Shown piece after piece: positions 1-5,399 of a stretch of 11,523 nucleotides of DNA. The notes under the pieces were generated by a model. The model was not told the origin of the DNA. It did not search any database and worked only from the letters and a program-made list of their open reading frames with translations. Source of the stretch: an uncultured archaeon (GTDB taxonomy: Archaea; Aenigmatarchaeota; Aenigmatarchaeia; GW2011-AR5). Both the position numbers and the translations under genes were made by a program. Every line of letters starts with the position of its first letter. Position 1 is the first letter of the stretch. The stretch is from contig CAYJVT010000025.1 in NCBI GenBank assembly GCA_964373695.1, positions 1-11,523 of the forward strand, given 5' to 3'.

Positions 1-36
1 TGGGCCCGACGGGATTCGAACCCGCGACTCCCTGCT

Positions 37-78
37 TTCTCCCCTTTGCTGGCGCAAAGTCGAGGCCATTTTACGGGG
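37..78 (-). other. canonical 37/38 tRNA intron (42 nt) in tRNA-Lys
   Basis: BHB with central helix CTCT/GGAG (one G-U), bulges TA|C and AA|A, outer helices from the anticodon stem and CC/GG. Internal hairpin CTTTGC-GCCA-GCAAAG. Confidence 0.93.
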
Positions 79-95
79 TAAGAGGCAGGTGCTCT

Positions 96-140
96 CTCCT
101 GAGCCTTTCCGCAAGCGCTTTTGTATGAGCAAAAGGGCTT
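96..140 (-). other. non-canonical D-loop (20/21) tRNA intron (45 nt) in tRNA-Lys
   Basis: BHB with central helix CCTG/CAGG, bulges GT|A and AG|A, inner helix AGCC/GGCT, outer helix D-stem GCTC/GAGC. Excision restores the standard D-loop AGCCTGGTA. Confidence 0.92.
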
Positions 141-169
141 ACCAGGCTGAGCTACAGGCCCATGACGAA

Positions 170-190
170 AGGAGAAACTATGTTTCTCCT
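170..190. repeat. perfect 9-bp inverted repeat just upstream of tRNA-Lys
   Basis: AGGAGAAAC (170-178) TAT GTTTCTCCT (182-190). Confidence 0.7.
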
Positions 191-290
191 CTGCGTATAC
201 TCCTCTTCTATCAGCGCGCTAAAGCGCTTTTATTATTTACAAAACTTACACCCTTCAAATAAGCGCCTCGGCCGGGATTCGAACCCGGGT

Positions 291-321
291 TTGCCAATCG
301 CCATCCAACCATATGGCAATT
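291..321 (-). other. non-canonical variable-region (45/46) tRNA intron (31 nt) in tRNA-Asp
   Basis: BHB with central helix GCCA/TGGC, bulges TG|A and AA|A, inner helix ATTGCCA/TGGCGAT. Excision restores the short variable region TGAC. Confidence 0.9.
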
Positions 322-362
322 CATGGCCGTGACAGGGCCATATGCTAGGCCACTACACTACC

Positions 363-381
363 TTTGCCGCCATTTCTGGCT
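363..381 (-). other. acceptor-stem (5/6) tRNA intron (19 nt) in tRNA-Asp
   Basis: AC-TGCC-TC|A-GCCA-GAAA-TGGC-GGCA-AA|G-GT. Central helix TGCC/GGCA, two 3-nt bulges, inner helix GCCA/TGGC capped by a GAAA tetraloop, outer helix AC/GT. Excision joins GCCTC+GG, the exact complement of the 3' strand CCGAGGC. Confidence 0.88.
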
Positions 382-424
382 GAGGCAGTTTCACCACAAG
401 GCAATTGAGTCATTGATTTATTCG

Positions 425-433
425 TATTTAAAA
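425..433 (-). promoter_or_regulatory. probable TATA box for tRNA-Asp (or the Asp-Lys pair)
   Basis: TTTTAAATA on the minus strand about 40 nt upstream of tRNA G1. This predicts a start near 402 and a leader of about 16 nt. Confidence 0.5.
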
Positions 434-749
434 TTTGTTTTCTTTGCGAAATAGTAGTTCTAGGCATGCAATATCCCCATTTTAGCCATACCGCTATTTT
501 TATCAGATGTTTTTCATTTCTGAATCCAATAGAATCCATCCATTTGAATAAATTTTCCTTCCCATATATGTGGATACCGTATTGGACAGTTTTTTTGCCA
601 TATATTAGTCTTTCTCTTGAAAAGACATTGGATTTAATATCAAATTTTATTAACAGTCTTTTTATATCATTTACAAGAAGCCTTTCAGATATCGCTGTGC
701 ATAAAATCAAGTTTTTTGTTTTGTTGTTGCATGTTTGACGCCTCTATTG

Positions 750-1007
750 TTATATTTTAAAAAACTTCTTGTCAAATTGGGGACTAAATTCCGCCTTATC
801 TTTTTTAGCCCAATTTTTGACCATTTCTATTGAAATTTTCAGTATTTCATTTTTGTCATTTGGATGTTTGCTACTTTTTCCCATGCTGTGCATCCGCATA
901 TCGAAATAAACCTGCCTTAACATATTTTGGTATAAATCCCCTTTCTCTATGTGTTCCAATTCTTCTTTTGCCTGCCTTCTCATTTCAATTAACTTTATGC
1001 TTATCAT
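750..1007 (-). CDS. hypothetical protein (85 aa), probably leaderless
   Basis: ATG-initiated, charged, helical-looking ORF (GDLYQNMLRQVY...FSPQFDKKFF). TATA-like TTTAAATA at 1037-1030 is correctly spaced for a leaderless start at 1007. No family recognised. Confidence 0.7.
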   Translation of the reverse strand: MISIKLIEMRRQAKEELEHIEKGDLYQNMLRQVYFDMRMHSMGKSSKHPNDKNEILKISIEMVKNWAKKDKAEFSPQFDKKFFKI

Positions 1008-1029
1008 ACTATCTATGTATCTGTGTATC

Positions 1030-1037
1030 TATTTAAA
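1030..1037 (-). promoter_or_regulatory. TATA box for the 85-aa hypothetical gene
   Basis: TTTAAATA ending 23 nt before the ATG at 1007. Confidence 0.5.
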
Positions 1038-1130
1038 GTTACGTGATTTTCAGACGCCGAACCGCAAGAACCCATGCGTGAACAGCCTCCACAAAGAAAA
1101 TTGTGGGATTTTTTTAGAATGTTTCTTAAA

Positions 1131-1592
1131 TCATATAAATGCGACGATTTTTTCTGCCAGATAAAACACGACCAGCCCCGAAGCAATGCCCGCGACGACA
1201 TCGGACCAGAAATGCTTCTTCAGCCACACGCGCGAAACCATGATGAGCGCGGCGAGCAGGACGACGAACGCCTTCAGCGGGAGCGCTGCAGAAGTCGTCC
1301 AAAAAACCAGAGCAAGGAATACGGCCCTTGCAGAATGGACGCTGGGGAAAGACGACGCCTCGAACTTCTCCCACAAAGCCTTGTATCCCATTTTGTTGGG
1401 CCTGTCCTTGTAGAAAACTAGCTTTAGAGGGACGTTGATGATGTACATCAGGAAGAGACCGGCGGCGAGCATCCAGAAAACCGGCATGCTCATGAACAAG
1501 GAAAACACCAGGAGGACGGCGTAGAACGTCACGCCTCCAAGGGCCGTCACGTCTTTCATGACGGAATTGAGGTAATACGAGAAGGCCTTCAT
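1131..1592 (-). CDS. PAP2-superfamily membrane phosphatase (153 aa)
   Basis: All three PAP2 motifs are present: KxxxxxxRP (KLVFYKDRP), PSxH (FPSVH) and SRxxxxxHxxxD (SRVWLKKHFWSD). Several hydrophobic segments. Confidence 0.92.
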   Translation of the reverse strand: MKAFSYYLNSVMKDVTALGGVTFYAVLLVFSLFMSMPVFWMLAAGLFLMYIINVPLKLVFYKDRPNKMGYKALWEKFEASSFPSVHSARAVFLALVFWTTSAALPLKAFVVLLAALIMVSRVWLKKHFWSDVVAGIASGLVVFYLAEKIVAFI

Positions 1593-1616
1593 AGGATTAT
1601 TAGCGGAAACAAAGGC

Positions 1617-1625
1617 TTTTAAATA
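1617..1625. promoter_or_regulatory. single TATA element plausibly serving the divergent PAP2 and rpoH genes
   Basis: TTTTAAATA is the only TATA-like run in the 60-bp spacer. It lies about 25 nt from the PAP2 ATG (1592) and about 28 nt from the rpoH ATG (1653). Confidence 0.55.
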
Positions 1626-1652
1626 TCAGAATTCCAACATATCTAGGTAATC

Positions 1653-1916
1653 ATGGCAGCCAAGACAAAGGAGAAGGAAGAGAAGAAGCACATAAACATC
1701 TTCGAAAGCAGCCTTGTGCCGAAGCATGTCGCGCTCTCGGCCGACGAAAAAGCGGAACTGATGAAAAGGCTGAACATAACGCCGAAGCAGCTCCCGAGGA
1801 TAAAGGAAGACGACCCGGCTGTGGAAGCCATAGGCGCGAAGAAGGGCGACATCCTGAAGATAATCAGGAATTCAATGGTTGCCGGCGAATACGTCTACTA
1901 TAGGGTCGTCGTTTGA
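1653..1916 (+). CDS. rpoH: DNA-directed RNA polymerase subunit H (Rpo5)
   Basis: LVPKH...QLPRIKEDDP...GDILKIIRNS..AG..VYYRVV signature; first gene of the archaeal rpo cluster. Confidence 0.97.
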   Translation: MAAKTKEKEEKKHINIFESSLVPKHVALSADEKAELMKRLNITPKQLPRIKEDDPAVEAIGAKKGDILKIIRNSMVAGEYVYYRVVV

Positions 1917-1929
1917 GCCGGATTTTCCC

Positions 1930-2004
1930 ACTTGCAAGTCTTTTAATCATAAAAACCTCTGGTTTTTGTGATGCAAATGCACTTCAACTGAAAGAAGTGC
2001 ATTT
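1930..2004. repeat. three tandem inverted repeats in the rpoH-rpoB spacer
   Basis: ACTTGCAAGT palindrome (1930-1939); CATAAAAACC-TCT-GGTTTTTGTG (1948-1970); AAATGCACTTC-8 nt-GAAGTGCATTT (1975-2004) followed by T runs. Confidence 0.75.
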
Positions 2005-2045
2005 TTAAGCTTTTCCTCCATTAGATTAAAGATTGTCGCGCCCAC

Positions 2046-2093
2046 TTTTTAAAATTATAAGTGCTACATAAAGGTCTGTCCGTCGGCTGGTGA
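2046..2093 (+). promoter_or_regulatory. probable rpoB promoter (TATA) and Shine-Dalgarno
   Basis: TTTTTAAAATTATAA at 2046-2060; GGTGA at 2089-2093, 4 nt before the ATG at 2098. Confidence 0.6.
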
Positions 2094-2097
2094 AGAA

Positions 2098-5000
2098 ATG
2101 GAGGAGTACAAAACTTTACTAAAGTCTTTCAAGGATTCTGTAGGATTCATAGACCACCAGATAAAGTCGTTCAACGAATTCGTTGATTTCCGCGTCCAGA
2201 AGATAATAAACGAGATAGGCGAGATACAGCTCGAGACGCCTGAGCTTGCCGAGTTCAAGATACAGCTCGGAAAGGTCAGGATACCGCAACCGTGCGTAAA
2301 GGAGGCCGACGGCGCCACGAGGACGATAACACCTTTCGAGGCGAGGATACGCGACCTGACTTATTCTTCCCCCATATATGTCGAGATGATACCCATCATA
2401 AACGGCGTGAAGCAGGAGCCGCAGGAAGTCAAATTAGGGGATTTGCCGATAATGCTAAAGTCGAAGATGTGCACGCTGAACGGGATGAGCGAAGAGGAGC
2501 TTGTGGATAGCGGAGAGGATGCAAGGGACCCGGGAGGCTATTTCATAATCAACGGCACCGAGAGGGTCATAGTCATGGTAGAAGAGGTCCTCTCGAACAG
2601 GCCCATAACAGAGGTGAAGAAGGACGGTGAAAGCGCCAGGATAAACTCCGAGGCGTCCGGCTTCGTGCAGAGACACCTGATAGAGAGGAAGAGCGGCATA
2701 ATAACCATATCGTTCGCCAACGTGAAGAAGCTGCCCGTCATCGTCCTGATGAGGGCGCTCGGGATGGAGACCGACAAGGAGATAATAGAGGCCATAACCA
2801 GCGAAAGGGACGAGATGCAGGAGATATACTTCAACATCTACGAATCCGATGTGAAGACGGTCGACGAGGGCAAGGACTTCATCAGCAAGAAGATGAAGAT
2901 AACCCAGAAGGAATACAGCGACAAGCGTGTCAACGACATACTGGACAAGTACCTGCTGCCGCACCTGGGGCAGGAGAAGAAGGCGAGGATGGACAAGGCC
3001 ATCTACCTGTCGAAGATAGTGAAGAAAATACTGAAGGTTGGCATGAAGAAGGCCGCCGAGCAGGACATAGACCACTACTCCAACAAGAGGCTCAGGATGG
3101 TCGGCGACTTCATGGAAATACTCTTCAGGTCGGTCCTGCTTGGAAAATACGGCCTCGTTTCGAGGATAGTATACTCATACCAGAAGCTCGTCAAGAGGGG
3201 CAAGATGCCATCGATAAAGTCCATAGTGGAGAGCGACTACCTGACGAAGAGGATAGTCTCGCACATGGCGACAGGGCAGTGGATAGGCGGCAGGACAGGC
3301 GTCTGCCAGCGCCTCGAAAGGACCAACTTCATAAGGACGGTGGCTCACCTCAGGAACGTCATCTCGCCCCTTTCGTCTTCGCAGGAGCATTTCGAGGCCA
3401 GGGCCCTGCACGGGACACACTGGGGAAGGCTGTGCGCGGAGGAGACACCCGAAGGGGTGAACATAGGGCTGAGGAAATACCTCGCGATAATGGCCATGAT
3501 TTCTGACACCTCGACAGAGAAGGAAAAAGAGCCGATACTGGACATGGCAAAGAAGGAGATGCCAATAGACACCAAGGGCATCACCGAAGGCAGGCATGTG
3601 GTGCTTCTCGATGGAAAGATACTGTGCACGACGGACCAGCCGGAAAAATTCGTGCAGAAGCTCCGCGACAAGAGAAGGTCCGGCGCCCTGGATTCGGGAA
3701 TAAACGTTTCGTTCGTGCCCGAGTTCGAGGAAGTCCACATAAACACGGACTCCGGAAGGCTGCAGAGGCCTCTTATAATAGTGGAGAACGGGAAGCCCAG
3801 GCTCACCGAAGAGCATGTGGAGAAGCTGAAGAAAGGTGAAATATCATGGAATGAGCTGATAAAGAACGGCGTTATCGAATACCTCGACGCGGAGGAGGAG
3901 AACAACGCCTACGTGGCCCTGAACAGGAACTACATAAACAATGACAGGAGCCATATGGAAATAAATGACGGGATATTACTGGGGCTCTCGGCGTCCTTGG
4001 TGCCGTTCCCGACGCACGACAGGGGGGACAGGGTGAATTTCGGCGCCAAGATGTTCGGCCAGGCCCTCGGCATATTTGCCACGAACTACCTCATGAGGAC
4101 CGACACGAAATCCGACATACTCGCGTATTCGCAGATACCGCTGGTCACGACGGCGGTGACGGACCAGGTCAACCTCGACGAGCATCCGCAGGGGCAGAAC
4201 ATAATCATAGCGATGATGAGCTACAAGGGCTACAACATGGAGGACGGCATAGTCTTCAACAAGGCCTCCATAGAGAGGGGATTCGGAAGGTCTTATTTCT
4301 TCAGGAGCTACGTCACCGAAGAGAAAAAATACTGGGGAATAGAGAAGGACGAGATAAAGATACCCGACAAGAGCGTCAACGGATACAAGACCGAGGAATC
4401 ATACGCCAACCTGGACCAGGACGGCGTGATAAACAGGGAGATAGAGGTCGCGGCGGGCGACGTCATAGTGGGCAAGGTCTCGCCGCTCCGCTTTTTTGGC
4501 CCGGTCGAAAGCTTCATGTCGGAGACCGAGAACAGGAGGGAGACCTCGGAAATCATAAGGTACGGCGAGGAAGGGATAGTGGACAACGTCATCGTTAGCG
4601 AGACTATAAACGGCAACAAGCTCGTCAAGATAAATGTCAGGACCGAGAGGATACCGGAGCTCGGGGACAAGTTCACCAGCAGGCACGGCCAGAAGGGCGT
4701 CATATCGCTTATAGTCCCGGAGGAGGACATGCCTTTCACCGAGAACGGCGTGATACCGGACATCATAGTAAATCCGCACGCAATACCGTCCAGGATGACC
4801 ATAGGGCAGCTCCTGGAGATCGTAGCCGCCAAGGTGTCGGCGTTAACAGGAACGAGGGTGGACGCGTCCGCGTTCAACAACGACGAGGCCGTGAGCGAGG
4901 AGTCGCTCAGGAAGGCGCTCACCCACATGGGATTCAGGGACGACGCCAAGGAGCCTATGTACCACGGCGTGAGCGGAAAGAAGCTCGAGGGGCGCATACT

Positions 5001-5394
5001 CGTCGGGCCGTGCTACTACCAGAAGCTGCACCACATGGTCGCGAACAAGCTCCAGGCAAGGGCCAGGGGTCCTGTAACCCTGCTGACGAAGCAACCCACG
5101 GCCGGAAGGGCAAAGCAGGGCGGGCTGAGGCTGGGAGAAATGGAAAAGGACTGCTTAATAGCGCACGGAGCGGCGCTCCTCCTGAAGGAGAGGTTCAGTT
5201 CCGACAGGTACACGATACCGATATGCAAGCAGTGCGGGCTTGTGGCGGTGGAAGACCACATCAAGGGAAAGAAATACTGCGCAGTATGCAAGAAGAGCAA
5301 GATAACCGACGTCGAGATGTCTTACGCATTCAAGCTCATGCTCGACGAGCTCAAGTGCCTGGGCATATATCCCAGGGTCATTGCAGACGAGTGA
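2098..5394 (+). CDS. rpoB: DNA-directed RNA polymerase subunit B (Rpo2), unsplit, 1098 aa
   Basis: GGYFIINGTERV, ETPEG, YNMED, GDKFTSRHGQKG, PSRMT, YYQKLHHMV, GGLRLGEME and a C-terminal CxxC...CxxC zinc site. No B'/B'' split and no intein. Confidence 0.98.
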   Translation: MEEYKTLLKSFKDSVGFIDHQIKSFNEFVDFRVQKIINEIGEIQLETPELAEFKIQLGKVRIPQPCVKEADGATRTITPFEARIRDLTYSSPIYVEMIPIINGVKQEPQEVKLGDLPIMLKSKMCTLNGMSEEELVDSGEDARDPGGYFIINGTERVIVMVEEVLSNRPITEVKKDGESARINSEASGFVQRHLIERKSGIITISFANVKKLPVIVLMRALGMETDKEIIEAITSERDEMQEIYFNIYESDVKTVDEGKDFISKKMKITQKEYSDKRVNDILDKYLLPHLGQEKKARMDKAIYLSKIVKKILKVGMKKAAEQDIDHYSNKRLRMVGDFMEILFRSVLLGKYGLVSRIVYSYQKLVKRGKMPSIKSIVESDYLTKRIVSHMATGQWIGGRTGVCQRLERTNFIRTVAHLRNVISPLSSSQEHFEARALHGTHWGRLCAEETPEGVNIGLRKYLAIMAMISDTSTEKEKEPILDMAKKEMPIDTKGITEGRHVVLLDGKILCTTDQPEKFVQKLRDKRRSGALDSGINVSFVPEFEEVHINTDSGRLQRPLIIVENGKPRLTEEHVEKLKKGEISWNELIKNGVIEYLDAEEENNAYVALNRNYINNDRSHMEINDGILLGLSASLVPFPTHDRGDRVNFGAKMFGQALGIFATNYLMRTDTKSDILAYSQIPLVTTAVTDQVNLDEHPQGQNIIIAMMSYKGYNMEDGIVFNKASIERGFGRSYFFRSYVTEEKKYWGIEKDEIKIPDKSVNGYKTEESYANLDQDGVINREIEVAAGDVIVGKVSPLRFFGPVESFMSETENRRETSEIIRYGEEGIVDNVIVSETINGNKLVKINVRTERIPELGDKFTSRHGQKGVISLIVPEEDMPFTENGVIPDIIVNPHAIPSRMTIGQLLEIVAAKVSALTGTRVDASAFNNDEAVSEESLRKALTHMGFRDDAKEPMYHGVSGKKLEGRILVGPCYYQKLHHMVANKLQARARGPVTLLTKQPTAGRAKQGGLRLGEMEKDCLIAHGAALLLKERFSSDRYTIPICKQCGLVAVEDHIKGKKYCAVCKKSKITDVEMSYAFKLMLDELKCLGIYPRVIADE

Positions 5395-5399
5395 TAATC

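Larger units (their letters stand above)
1..161 (-). tRNA. tRNA-Lys (anticodon CTT) with two BHB introns (20/21 and 37/38); mature length 74 nt
   Basis: Removing 96-140 and 37-78 from the reverse complement gives GGGCCTG TA GCTC AGCCTGGTA GAGC A CCTGC CT-CTT-AA GCAGG GAGTC GCGGG TTCGAAT CCCGT CGGGCCC A, in which all four stems pair. Anticodon at 82-80. The discriminator is window position 1, so any CCA lies outside the window. Confidence 0.96.
264..386 (-). tRNA. tRNA-Asp (anticodon GTC) with two BHB introns (5/6 and 45/46); mature length 73 nt; CCA not encoded
   Basis: Removing 363-381 and 291-321 gives GCCTCGG TA GTGT AGTGGCCTA GCAT A TGGCC CT-GTC-AC GGCCA TGAC CCGGG TTCGAAT CCCGG CCGAGGC G. 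This has a perfect 7-bp acceptor stem, anticodon at 333-331 and the G73 discriminator typical of tRNA-Asp. Confidence 0.93.
345..710 (-). pseudogene. truncated LAGLIDADG-family homing endonuclease (C-terminal part only), frame overlapping the 5' part of tRNA-Asp
   Basis: ISERLLVNDIKRLLIKFDIKS...YGIHIYGKENLFKWMDSIGFRNEKH matches the post-motif S..L...I..LL..I.S / I.G......F...IGF pattern of LAGLIDADG (DOD) domains. No LAGLIDADG/DxDG helix is present. There is an in-frame TAG at 746-744, and only a TTG start at 710. Composition is AT-rich. Confidence 0.65.

Noticed and set aside
37-140. Box C/D guide RNA inside the tRNA-Lys introns
   Set aside because: No RUGAUGA or CUGA boxes are found in either intron.
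387-406. Upstream GCCTTGTGGTG resembling the tRNA-Asp 5' end (alternative 5' exon or target duplication)
   Set aside because: It offers the same TGCC helix but no inner helix, so the BHB is poor. The 386 start gives a perfect BHB and a perfect acceptor stem. The match is too short to call a duplication.
345-1007. Read-through fusion of the 85-aa ORF with the LAGLIDADG frame (alternative genetic code)
   Set aside because: It needs suppression of both TAA and TAG, and TAA, TAG and TGA all act as stops for conserved genes in this window. Sharing a frame has a one-in-three chance.
1013-1090. 20-aa minus-strand micro-ORF MGSCGSASENH... with GGAGG 10 nt upstream
   Set aside because: Too short to support, overlaps the promoter of the next gene, and has no recognisable homology.
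466-1421. Plus-strand ORFs 466-738, 830-1036, 949-1164, 1074-1421 and 1186-1413
   Set aside because: Antisense to better-supported minus-strand genes, with no motifs.
5010-5399. 130-aa N-terminal extension of RpoA' in the ORF track
   Set aside because: It overlaps the rpoB C-terminus in another frame. Homology starts at MTNIKSIGF (5400), which has its own SD.
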